A stretch of DNA of 63,685 nt, counting the filler, from Intoshia linei (Eukaryota > Animalia > Orthonectida), in assembly GCA_001642005.1 (NCBI GenBank). It is 4 parts of 4 records of this genome, joined end to end, with 100 filler letters (N's around TTAATTAATTAA, not from the genome) between each part and the next. Parts side by side here need not be neighbours in the genome. Positions count along the whole stretch, not along the records: positions 1 to 31,920 come from LWCA01000332.1; 3 more parts are not named here. The stretch is one strand, 5' to 3'. Position 1 is the stretch's first letter; each line of letters starts with the position of its first letter. Of the stretch, positions 13,281 through 25,540 are shown piece by piece. Under the pieces are notes generated by a model. It had not been told where the DNA came from. It searched no databases and saw only the letters and a program-made list of their open reading frames with translations. A program made the translations under genes and the position numbers.

Positions 13281-14866
13281 TCAATTGTTAATTTTCAATT
13301 CATTTTTAATTCTTTCGTCAATTTCTTCACTTTGATTAACTTTAATGATTTCCTAAAATTTTGAAAATAATAATAATTGAATTAAAAACTTTACCTTCCA
13401 TTTCCCAATTTTCCCCTGTCTAAAGTAAGAATTTACCCCTATAGTCTTACTCATTTGTTTTGAAAAATTTTCCTTCATACTATCAAAGGAACACTCTTGT
13501 TCAATTTTGATTATTATTGATGTTGTAACATTAACATTTAAAAATTTTGCAATTCTTTCAATTTCGACTGTCATATTTTCAAGTATATTTTCATAGTTTA
13601 CTAGATATATGTTTTGATTATTTTCGGAATATTTTAACCACTCATTTACGTGGTTAAAATAATCTCCGTATACCAAGTTTTTTGATTTGTACAATTGATA
13701 CCATTCATTCCAATTGCCTAAAATTATATAATTATGTATATGTCGTGTACAATCTTTGAAATTAGGACCTAATTATTAAATACACATAGGACCGTGGAGA
13801 GGGACTAGGGGCCGTATGGCCCGGGTCTATAATCTTAAATGGCCTATTTTTTAAATTATATATAATAATTAATAGGTAAGTATACCAAAATTACAATGAT
13901 TAATGCGATTTATAACGGTTATTTTTAATTTTTAGATAATTAACGACGACCAAACAATATATAGAGGTCCCATTTTTTTAAAAATTCTACGTCATCTATT
14001 ATAGGTTTAAAAGATTATTTCTATTAATTAAAAATAATATTTTTTATACAATTTAAATAACTTAAAACATCGATAACATATAAAATAAACGAGTTAGAAT
14101 TGAATTTAAAGATACAAAGTGAAGAACCAAACATGTCGGTCAACACAAGACCACTTAAACCATACCTAACATATCATATGGTAAAATTCCAATAAATAAA
14201 GCTATATATTAATTTTCATAGAATATTTTTGTATGGGACCTTTAAAATAAGAAACTACTCCACAAATTTTTATCTAATTTAATTATTTTTTTTCATTGTA
14301 ATTTTTGATTAGTTACTAAACTGTTTCTAAGCTTGGACTTAATTTATAAAATTTTAAATCGCCCCTAATGTGGGTGTTAAATTTTACATGACATTATTAC
14401 CGGTAAATGGTCCATGCAACTTTGATTGCTTGTAAAAGTTGTAAAATGAAACCAGGACGTCTTTGACATTTCTCATACCGTATATAACTTTCATTTCATG
14501 CTTTTCAATTACAGTTTTTATGTGTAATGGTCGCAAGTGAGTTTTTATGATTCTTGGACTTTTAGCTTTTGATATTTTTTCGAAATTAGATATTTCATCA
14601 ATTTCTATTTCAAAACAATAATAATTGTTAATCATTTGTGTGTCTTTGTTTGTTGTGTAGTTTTCTTCATTTCTATCATTTTTCTTCAGTAATGATACAA
14701 TATTTAAGATTAGAGCGGTTCCGCATTTTGGGTAAGTGTCTACAATTATATCCTCTTTAGTGAGATTCAAATTTTTTATATTCAATATAGAATCTTTTGG
14801 AACGTGGCCAGGGTAAGCTACACCTTCATATACATACTGGCCTGGCATTTTAAATATTTCACTCAT
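13281..14866 (-). CDS. Cytosolic sulfotransferase (SULT1-like), 3 exons
   Basis: 5'-PSB motif TYPKCGT, catalytic IKTH, 3'-PB motif RNVKDVLVSFY, C-terminal RQGKIGKWK; exons about 14866-14402, 13718-13395 and 13352-13281. Confidence 0.93.
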
Positions 14867-15128
14867 ATTGGTATTACAAAATTATGGTTAATTATAAAAA
14901 GTTTTCATTTCTATTTATATATCGAATGTTTATTTTTACCTTAAGTTTCTTAACCTTAATTCTTAGTATAAAACTGACAAACAAATAATAAATAAATTAT
15001 TTAAATTGTATGCCAAAACGTGTAATTTGTATGCTTGTAAAATATAAATTGTTTTAAATATTATTCCTTTACTAAGAATTAAAATAAAAATTTAAAATTA
15101 TTTTAATTCAAAAATAGCTCGTGGTGTG

Positions 15129-15151
15129 TAACGGTTAGACTCTAACCGTTA
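15129..15151. promoter_or_regulatory. Perfect 11-bp-arm palindrome with two Myb-type TAACGG cores
   Basis: TAACGGTTAGA-C-TCTAACCGTTA, about 260 bp upstream of the SULT ATG. Confidence 0.45.
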
Positions 15152-15888
15152 AAATAACCACTAAATATTATACTTATTTACATTAAATTGTATTTTTAAA
15201 TATTGTATATTTCGTTCAATCCTTTTGAGGCGGTAATAACACTGAAGCATGATCTTCAAATTTACTTAAAATTAGTTTGACCAGCGGAAAATTTATACAA
15301 TAATAATTTGATATACCCAACAACAAGTACCACCTGATTGGATGATTTTTTTAAGTGTAAGTTCTACTGTGTAACCGTTATCGCCAGATATTTAATTTTT
15401 GAATTTAATTTTGGCAGCAAATTAAATGTTTCTCATTTTCCATATACAAATTAAATGTACTGTATGTCTTTTCTACATCTCAAAAAATATTTTTAATGCT
15501 CAATTTGAAAAAATTTGGTGTAGTAATTCCATATTACAAAAATTTTGTCGATATCCCTCCTCTCGAAAAGGGATATCGATTATTTAATATTTCAATGGAT
15601 ATATCCAATGAATATCCAATAAATAAAATCCATATTAGTTATTGGACATATCCCATAAATAAAATTTTTAAATGTAATACAATGTACATTTAGATAAATG
15701 TTGCTACATCAACGAAAGTTGCGCGCAAATTATATTATTGAAAATATTTTAAAATACCAATTTGCGTTCACAACAAAATTTGAAGCATTTATGAAAACTC
15801 AAAACTGAAACATACCATATCTTAGGCTTCGATTCCTAATTAAAATTTATTATTTATAATTTGGTATTATATAAATATACTTATACAG

Positions 15889-18800
15889 TACACCCAAAAC
15901 CTGCATTTTGATGAAGGATCGAGTATTGGGTGGAACTGTGCTACCGAAAACATTTTGAAATATATATAATTTGTGCAACTATTAATTATTTTTAAAGATT
16001 TCATGAATTCCACATTTACTAAATCACCCACTGAAGATGATAATATTCAAAAAAAGGTTATATTTACATCTTAATCAAAAAATTATAAATTCATCCATAA
16101 ATAATTAATTTTCTAATTTAATAGAACAATTGTTCAGAATTCGAAACTTATTTGTTGTTGAGAAAACCTTGCAATTTGGATTCAAGTTATATTACTCCAC
16201 CTAAAAGTAGTAATAAAAAGGTTTATTACAGTCATTTTTAATCTTTTGGTTTATCTGACCTCTTTAAATTTGAAACCATTCTCAATTTTGAACCACTCAT
16301 TTTGGTAATGCCGCAAACGCACATACGTGTACTATATTATATACTATAAATATATATATATATAATAGGGCTGTTCGTTTTTGACAAAATTTTCGATTCG
16401 ACAAAATTCCACCCCTACTTTGAAGAGGATACTTGAAAACCCATAAAAAATGACTGTAAAAACATCTACTTTTTTTGAATTTTAAGGTTTTCGCGCGCTT
16501 TTTCTCCTTTTCTTATAATTATAATTATTACTTATAACTTATATATATTATAATTACTTATAATTACCAAAAATTTATTTTAACTGAAAATTTGAGTGTG
16601 TCATTATGAAATTTAGTTATTTACGTTTTATATTATATATACTGTTATGTACTTCGTACAAACAGTAGCTAGATCTGACGACGGCGGACGTTTATATTTA
16701 TTTGACGTTATATACTATATAGTTTTACATATTATTAAATACAACAAATATTACAATTTTTTAATATACTCACCAAAAAATTCAAATAGTTACATCAATT
16801 AATAATGGATTGTGTAAAACTTTTTGAAATTAAAATTTAATTTTGATTTAAGATATTTCACAATATTGACCATTTTATTTTATATTTTTGAATGTAAAAA
16901 GGTTATTTTTTAAATTTAAATGTATCTCACTTTCTGGGTTGGGAAAAGACTAACTTAGATTTTGTGTTTTCTAAATATTGGTTACAGAGACACATATTTT
17001 TAGCTTGTTTTATTATATATTAGTAAGAATAGTAATAAACGGTAATACAAAAAAAAAAGTGATATTGAACAATATCTAATCATTTCAATTTATAATGGCA
17101 AATCTTATCTAAAAATTGATTGTAATCTGACCTGATGAGTGAAAGTGGTTTGAAATCGATCTGAGATCTACGAAATTGAAGATATGTGATGTGACAACAT
17201 ACCAAAAGGTTGATGAACACTTATTAATATAATAACTATAATATTAAAAATAGTGATTTTTTTTAATTTAATTAGAAATCAATGAAAATAGCATTCAATG
17301 AAAAGGATCAAGCTTGTCCTATGGTATAAAATATATCCAGATCCTAATTCACCCAGCTCGGGCTACCTCTAAGAATGAAAACTAGACCCTACAAAATTTT
17401 CACAAACGTATATCTAGTTTCATATAGCTCCCTATAGTTGTGTATAGTGATATACTCCCTATCTACCTCTATATTGCCCTTGAATTGAAATTTTCTAAAC
17501 TATTTAGTGAGTTGTAATATTGAAAAAATATTTTTTTAATACTCAATTTGGAAAAATGAGGGACCGAAGAGGGTTTCGGGTATGGTAAATTGGGATTTTT
17601 GCTTGACTTTTGCATTACGGATATTTAAATATAATTACAAAATATACAATATCGATTGATCTAGTAAAAATTATACATTCATAATTTAGCCTCGTCTGGT
17701 GACTATTGATAAACAGCTTCGTCAAATTGGTAATTTTTATATATTATGCATCTCAACCAGGGGTGAACAACCTTTCCATAAATTCAGCCGCAAATCTACT
17801 TTACTCATTGATACTACGACCGCACAAAATATAATATTTTTTCCTCATGAAACAAGCAAAATGTACTTTTACATTGCAAAAGTTTAAGTCCAATTTGAGA
17901 AATTGGGGCAAAGTCAAAAATGTAAATTTTTGATTAAAACATGCCCTTAATAATAATAATAATTTTTAATTTCAAGTAAAATAATAAAAACTTTTTTTTA
18001 AAAAAAGGATAATTTGGCTTTGATTGTGAATATGAACTTTCTTTGTGTTTGCCATTTATGATAATTTTGATGATTTCAACACTGCAAACATTCATTTGGG
18101 TGATACCTCTTGGAGCGACTTAATCATCGCTTTAAATAATTTATCATTTATTGATTTTTTCACGAAATTTTTGTGGGTATCTTCAGGGGGAATTTTTTTA
18201 CCCAATTTTAAAGATAAATTTGGTAAGGTTTTTAAGGGAGGTTTTTTCATTCAATTTTTAAAAATTTTGAAGATAATTTTTGCACTTAAATTTAAAAATT
18301 TATAGGGTTTTAAAGTGAATATTTTTAACATATTATGGGATCTTACTATTATGGAATCTAAAAAATTATAATTATAAATATAATAAAATAATAATAATTA
18401 TTATTATTTTTATTTATATATATTTTTAAAATTATCTTCAAACTTTTTAAAATTTAGTGAAAAAATCAATAATATGATAAATTATTAAAATCGATGATTA
18501 TATAAGTCTAAGATGTATCGCTCTAGAGAAGGGGTGCTCAACCTTTCCTCCTATTCAGCCACAATACTACTTTTCTCATTCAGGTCTTCTCATGGGGTGA
18601 ATACGAAAATTTTAGATGATCGTAGGCGAATCTAAAATTTTTAGCATATTTCATTTAATCATCTATTTTAATAATATCTTATGAGAAAAAATAAAATTTT
18701 ACCTTAAGGAAAAAATTGCTTTTACCAATATTTTTATGAAAAATCCCATTTTACCAAACTTTTAGATCAATAATTCTTCTGATTCCATAAGAAAAAACCG

Positions 18801-21800
18801 GATTTTAGAAAAATTTAAAAAAATCTCCTTTTACTAATATTTTTTTCAAAAAACATTAATTATTCATTTTTCGGTAAATAATTAATAATAATAGGACAAC
18901 AGAAAAAAGTTCCATTAAAAACCGATTTGTATATAAATTAGAGTGGATGACAAAAATAAATATGTAAATATTAATAATGACATAAAAAAGATATCAGTGA
19001 CTGCCTTGATTTTGTGTGCTCTTCGCTAACTTTTGAGAAATTGGGCAAAGTCAAGAATGTAAATTTTTAATAGACCTTGAATAACTCATATTTAAACTTT
19101 TCAATTTGAAGTAAAATGATATATTGCAGATTATGGTCAGATGGATTGACAACGGGCGCACGTTGTACACCCCTGCTCTAGAGAATAGAGACCTTTTAAA
19201 TCCTATCTCAAAATTTATGTTGTATAAAAGTCTTAAATAAAAATATTTTAAAACTCGACTCTTCTTACTTTGATTGAGATAAACTGGAATAAACAAATAA
19301 ATTAACCGACATACATTTTTAACTAACAATTAAATATAAATTACTTTATATAAGTAAAGATTAAATAAAACTTGAAAAAATGGTCCGTTTGAATGATGGT
19401 AGATAATACAGTATTTATAAAATATAAATATGTATATTAATTTTTTTTATGAAAATTGAATTTAGAAACCTACAAAATAAATTAATATATTAGTTACATT
19501 CGTTATTTTAATTACAATCCAATTAATGCATTTATTATAGACCAATTGAATCATTCTACACCGATAGTAATTATTTTCAAACATTATCTATATATGTATG
19601 TTATTGAATCACTTATTAAATTGGATTAACTATATTACACAATAACTTGTACTAACATTTATTATTTTTACTTTTAGACAAAGATAGGACTTCCGAACCG
19701 AGCATATAGTATTCCAATTAAAAATGAAACTTATTTAAAATGTTTAGCTTCACCTTACGTTTCAAATGCATATAAACTAGAAATGTACAATTCTCTTCAC
19801 GATACAACGGTTTAATTTAATGCGTGTTAATTTGTTTTTCTTGTGGAATCACTTTTCTATATTATTAAAACATTTTTATTGTAATATATTATATTATAAA
19901 CTTTAGCCTAAAACAGTTACAAGAGTAACGGTAATTTATATAAGAAACAAAATGCATTACTGTATATTTAGAATAATGCTTCAAGAATTAAAAATACCAG
20001 ATCCGAATTTTTGACTCCTATTAATAAAGTAAAATTTGTATAATTAATTTTTACATTATTTTTAGAAAAAAATTCTGGCAAATTTTCCGCAATTTAAATC
20101 AATTAAAGAAATTGATCAACATCTTGTATTTATGATAAATATTATATAAATATAATTAAATACATATTATGACACATGTTGCAAAGTCTGACTTTAATGA
20201 ACGTTTTTTGACCTGCCATCTAATTGATAATTTTATAGTGTATAATATATGCCTATAATCACAGCTAAATTTTTTAAATACTTATTTTTAAAATTTAATC
20301 AAATCAAACAAAAATATTTTAAAAAAGTTGACATTTTATTTATTTTACCTTTATACAAAGAAATTTACAAAATAAACGTATCATAAAACTTTAATGAATC
20401 CAACTAATCATGAATATACTTGAGTATGACAAAAGTTTAAGATTAATTGTGTTTATGAAATGTAAAAATTGTTTTAAAAATCATAATATAAAGTGTCACG
20501 TAATCATATTTCACAGCGATATTAATCATTTGGTTATTCACTTTTGTTGAGTATGCAAAATTTGTATCATAAATAGATTTATATTTCACCAGATTTCATT
20601 ACTAAATGATATTCTTGTACAAGTTGGATATTTTTGTTTATAAACGAAAAAATCTAATCTTGTGTAAGAATTGATACTAATTTTAATTAAAATTTAGTTC
20701 AATTTCATTTAGATTAATATATTTTATATTGAGTTAACTTGTATTAATTAATACGTATGCATGATTGAACATAATAAACATTACTTTGACTGAAAATATG
20801 TAGATTCAGTTAATATATTACCATAATACATATATAATGTATATATGTGAAATATATAATATGCTATATTAAACTAATTTTAAAAAAATTTCATGTCTTT
20901 AGTCAAAGGGCACAATATATTGATTATCTCGCCCGTTTCAATGTTTTTTAATTTCATTGATTATAATCATATAATGATTACAAGTAAACTTTAATAAAGA
21001 TAATAATGTATTAACATTATTAATTATTATAAGATAACAATTATAATTGTTTATTTATTGATAATTTACATAATGTCTTACTCTATAGATAATTATTATA
21101 ATAAAAATTTTATTTTAGAAAAAACCAATATTCGAAAGAAAAAATTTAGAATGTGATAGTTCAAATTTACCCGTAATTTGTGTTATCTATATTATAGATT
21201 TTAACGTAGTTTATGAGACCCATGAGGCCACCGATACATCCCTGGATTCATCGTAAAAATATATTTTTTTTATCATTGTCAGGTATTACTTGAAATAATT
21301 GTAAATTTAAATAAACAGATTCAGATATAATTAATACTGAACATTGCAATGTTTTTTAACTTATTCATCGCAAAATACAGGTGCGTCAATTTAAATTTTT
21401 TTTTATTGGTTTATAAATATTTTTGTTGAATTTACAGTAGGATTTCACATCGAGAAAAACTTTAAAATAAAATCTTATGAGAAAAAACTAACATTTTACC
21501 AAAGTTTTAGAATAAAAACTATCCTATCTGATTCTAAAAGAAAAATCTCAATTTTACTAATCCTAAAAGTAAAAATCTAGTTTTTCCAACCCTTTTATGG
21601 ACAATTTTACCAACGCTTTAGGGAAAATTACAGTTTTTCCACCGGTAAGTGAAAAATCTTATTTTAAAATAATTAAATTTATTACTAATTAATTAAACTT
21701 AAATTAATTAAAATATATACTAATTAAGCTAAAAGTAGAGATTTAGCTAGTGGGCTGATAAAAGTAGATTTTTCATTTTAGGGTTGGTAAAATTAAGGTT

Positions 21801-22190
21801 TTTAGAAAAAATTGTTGGATTTTAATAGACGCCCATTTAAAAATCATATACACAACTGAAAAATTGTTTTGATGTATTGGTCATATACGTGGATCAGTTT
21901 TGTCTAGGTCGAGGGAAAATTTCAGATATTTACATACATATTGTATTAATTTAATTTCATAGGAAAATTATGACAAATCAATCAATGAATCAAAAAGCGT
22001 TTCTTTTAATTTAAATAAAAACAAATTACATAGTTATGATGATGCTCAAAACAACCATGTGAGTGATCTGAGTTCAATAGAACGCAGCAATATGAGAACT
22101 ACACGTCATGAAGAAACGAATCAACATGGCTTCAAAACTATTATTTATGGTGTATCACCTTTATCTGATAAAAAGTTTAAAAATAAATAG
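15889..22190 (+). CDS. Orphan multi-exon gene (5' boundary and some junctions uncertain)
   Basis: Phase-consistent exon chain TKIGLPNRAYS...HDTT | PKTVTRVT | NNASRIK...PINK | KKILANF...QHL | KKPIFERK...NLP; terminal exon ENYDKSIN...KFKNK* at 21963-22190. Confidence 0.5.
18529..19175. mobile_element. hAT MITE with nested foldback-type repeats
   Basis: TIRs AAGGGGTGCTCAAC / GTTGTACACCCCTG; identical 8-bp TSD CTCTAGAG. Confidence 0.85.
21470..21834. repeat. Foldback-like element with inverted minisatellite arms
   Basis: Forward ~30-bp units at 21470-21660, reverse units at 21740-21800, and terminus TAGACGCCC (reverse complement of GGGCGTCTA). Confidence 0.6.
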
Positions 22191-23229
22191 TATATTCAAT
22201 TTTTTCAAAAAGTACATAATCTGCCGTACCGAAACCTTCATTTCGCGACAATTTGATGAAAATTTTATAAAATGGGGCCGCATTTTTCCAAAGTAAGCAT
22301 TACAAAAATATATTGTTGAATATTATAATTATTTGTTGTGTAAAATTTAAAATATCAAGTTAAGAGCCTTGGAGAGGTGGCTAGGGGCCATATGACACTA
22401 ATCGTCGATTTCTGAAAATTTGCTTATCTTTTATTTTTCATCATAGATTATATCATGGCAAATGTGCTTTCAAAACTAAATTTAATTTAATTGAAATAAT
22501 TATTAACTTTGCTAATTAATATTTTACAATTTTATTATCAGCAATCTGTAACAATAATACTTCCCTCTGCAGTAACGTGATCTACTTTCTATTTTAAGTA
22601 TTATAGATTGAACGCTTCGTCTAACAAATGTCGTTAGTTTTTATCATTTACATGTACATCATTGGTTCTTAAACTTAAAACTCTACGGACCCATATTTTA
22701 CCCAAAAAACACCAATTTTTAATACAGCTTTTCATGATTAAAAACCCAAATTATCTTTTTTTAATACGTTAATAAATACTAAGATCAGTTCTAGAATTTT
22801 AAAAAACATAAATTCAACATTATTAATATTTTCGTAAGCCTCAAACTCAAAAACTTACATCTTCATGGTCAATCCCAATTTACTCATTTTTAAAAAAAAG
22901 TATTTCATAGAAAATAAATTATGGATAATTTTAAATTCTTGAATATCAACTAAATTAAGTGTTAAATTTAAAATCTCAACTTAAGAGTCTTAGAAAAGTG
23001 GATAGGATTATATGGCATTATAATTCGTTTATAAAAATTTTTAATAAGCTGTTTTTCATTTTTGAAGTGGCGACGGGCTTGCTAGGTTCGATTCCGTAAA
23101 CTACAATCGAACTAAGTTAAATCGTTACATAGATTAAATTTAACGCACGTGAAAATTATTCATTAAATATTAATGTCTAATAATTAGACAGAATGTGTGT
23201 ATAATCTTAAATAATTATTAGCAATTTTT

Positions 23230-23724
23230 ATCAAATTCTAGGGTTGTTTTTATTTTAAAAAAAAGGGTAATCTGGGTTTTTCACCGTGAAAATTACCTTT
23301 TTTGAGGTTACCATTTATGATAATGCTTATGAATTTAAAAACCATTCCAGAATTTATATTGTATAAAATTTTAAGACTTTCTTAATTTTTAATAAAAAGG
23401 GAATTTGTGGTAATAGCCGAAAATATAAGGTTTTTTAAATTACAAATTATCATAATATTGATGAATTTAAAAGTTTTTATTCGAATGTGTAATTTTTATA
23501 ATTCTAGGATAGTTTTAAATTTAAAAACAAAGAAAAATTGGGGTTTTTAACCTTGAAGGACTCCATTTCTGAAATTAAAATTTGCGATAAAACATCACTC
23601 TGGAAAAACTGCTATCAGAGTATCCAATTTGTAAAACTCGACTCCCCTTACTTTCTTAAATAATGTGGAACAAATAAATAAACAGACATACATTTTTAAC
23701 CATTTTACTTTATATAAGTAAGGA
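23230..23724 (-). mobile_element. Helitron family 5' fragment
   Basis: Reverse strand begins A|TCCTTACTTATATAAAG; body resembles the other copies. Confidence 0.65.
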
Positions 23725-23786
23725 TAATGTTATTTTAAAAATTTTCATAATATTCCCATATTTATAATTTAATGGATAAAATTTAC

Positions 23787-24055
23787 CGACAAATGGTCCT
23801 AGTAAATTATTGTTTTTATAAAAGTGATAAAAGGATACCAACACACTTTTAACACGTAATTTTCCTGATTATGATTTTTCATAATTAAAGATATAATATT
23901 TACGGTTAACGCATTTCCACATTTTGTATAACTATCAACAATAATATCTTAACCAGTAAGATTTAATATAGAATCTTTCGGGATATGCCCTGCATACATA
24001 CCCCTTCAAAAACATATTCACCTGGTGTTTTATACAATTCCATTTTATTTTCCAT
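23787..24055 (-). pseudogene. Sulfotransferase pseudogene (exon 1 duplicate)
   Basis: MELYKTPGEYVFEG../GHIPKDSILNLTG*DIIVDSYTKCGNA.../VLVSFYHFYK...GPFVG|gtaa parallels the gene at 14866; has a frameshift, a stop and an internal deletion. Confidence 0.9.
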
Positions 24056-24216
24056 TTAGCTGATTGAAGTTGTAATTAAATATGTAGAATTATAATCGAA
24101 AAAATAAATATACCAATATTCCAATTTCATAGCACTCTTCTCATGATGTGACAAACTGTTATGAGAGTAATGCATGAACATTTAAATTAAATATATAATA
24201 ACAGTAAATTATAAAT

Positions 24217-24962
24217 TTATTTCCTCATAGTTGATAAATGAGGTGCATTTTTAGGAATTCCAAACCATTTTGGGTGGTCAGGGTCATCTAATAATGTGCT
24301 TTCTGGTTGACTTTCAATGTCATGTGGCCACATGGACGGTTTATTTTCTGGATCATATAAATCCGGAAAGTATGCAACAAGCATTTCCATAGTTACTTCC
24401 TCGAAATTTGGAAGTGAATTAATAGCTTTACCCTAGAAAAATGAAAATAAAAATATGTGATTTCATACCAGTTCAGTCAAATCATTCAATGCAGAATTAG
24501 CTTTTTTTTCGAAATCATCTACCTTGATAGTCTAAAAAATATATATTTATATGGTTTACATATAAAAATATATCATGGAAACCTCTTGTTGTAATATTTT
24601 TTCAAATTTGGCAATGCTATTTTCCTTGTCTACTGGATATTGAATATTTAACGATTTGTACTATAGTAAAAGTTAAAAACCAAATAAATATATTCAACGT
24701 TACATCTTTCTCCAATTTTTCTACAAATGGAGTCATATTAGATGGTAATTTAGACCGATAAGTAGCAAAATCTATTTTTGGTAAATTTTCAGGTAATTTA
24801 TAAACCCTAGATATTATTTCAAAATTTAAATAAAAGATACCTAAGGAAATATTTATCGCATAATGATTTAAAACTTTTAAAATCAACAATATCCGATTTG
24901 CCAACAGATTTCGCAAATTTGAACCAATCTATAGATTTTCCAATTTTACTTACTTTTGACAT
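24217..24962 (-). CDS. ATP5PD: Mitochondrial ATP synthase subunit d, 5 exons
   Basis: KSIDWFKFA, LPENLPKIDFATYRSKL, VEKLEKDYKSLNIQYP, LPNFEEVTME...FPD...PSMWPH; short GT-AG introns. Confidence 0.92.
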
Positions 24963-25540
24963 TACTGATAAAAGCTTAACTTTATTTTTATATCTTAAAT
25001 TGCACAGCACTTTTTTGGTTTAAATTTGATTTCAAAGTTTAAAATACATTTATAATTATGTTACGGAGATGTAATAGTATATTAGATCATTTCAATGTAC
25101 AATATTTATGGGCTGGGTAAATTTTTATAAAGGTGTAAATAATACATGTTTGTGAACATGCATTATTTTCTCACGTTTGTTAATTTATATCTTAATTTTT
25201 ATTTACATTTATTGAAAAAAATATATCTGGAAACTTCCATTTTCGTCTGATTTAGCTACTGTTGTAGGCATTGCAAAACATAATCTGGAGTGATATAAAT
25301 TGATTTCAACTAAAAATATATTAATTATGAATTCTATCTGGTTTATTGAATTTTATCTAGAATATTCTACTGGAAGACAAATCAAATTTGAATGAATCAT
25401 GAATTAATTGTTTATTTTTTTGAAATATTTATACGTTTACATAGTTACGAGTAAATAAACAAGTTCCAATCAATAAAATTTCTTGAGAACTGAATGATAC
25501 TCAATAAAGTAAAAATGATTATAGGTATTATATTATCAAA

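Noticed and set aside
15117-15151. tRNA-Gln-like 5' half (TGGTGTGTAACGGTTAG)
   Set aside because: No anticodon arm, T arm or acceptor stem follows; better explained as a palindrome.
17132-17176. Hammerhead ribozyme core (CTGATGAG...GAAA)
   Set aside because: No convincing stems I-III or NUH cleavage site; the region reads as a probable exon.
23065-23112. tRNA or SINE suggested by B-box GGTTCGATTCC
   Set aside because: No cloverleaf or A-box; it is one arm of a hairpin in a repeat related to ~22360 and ~28080.
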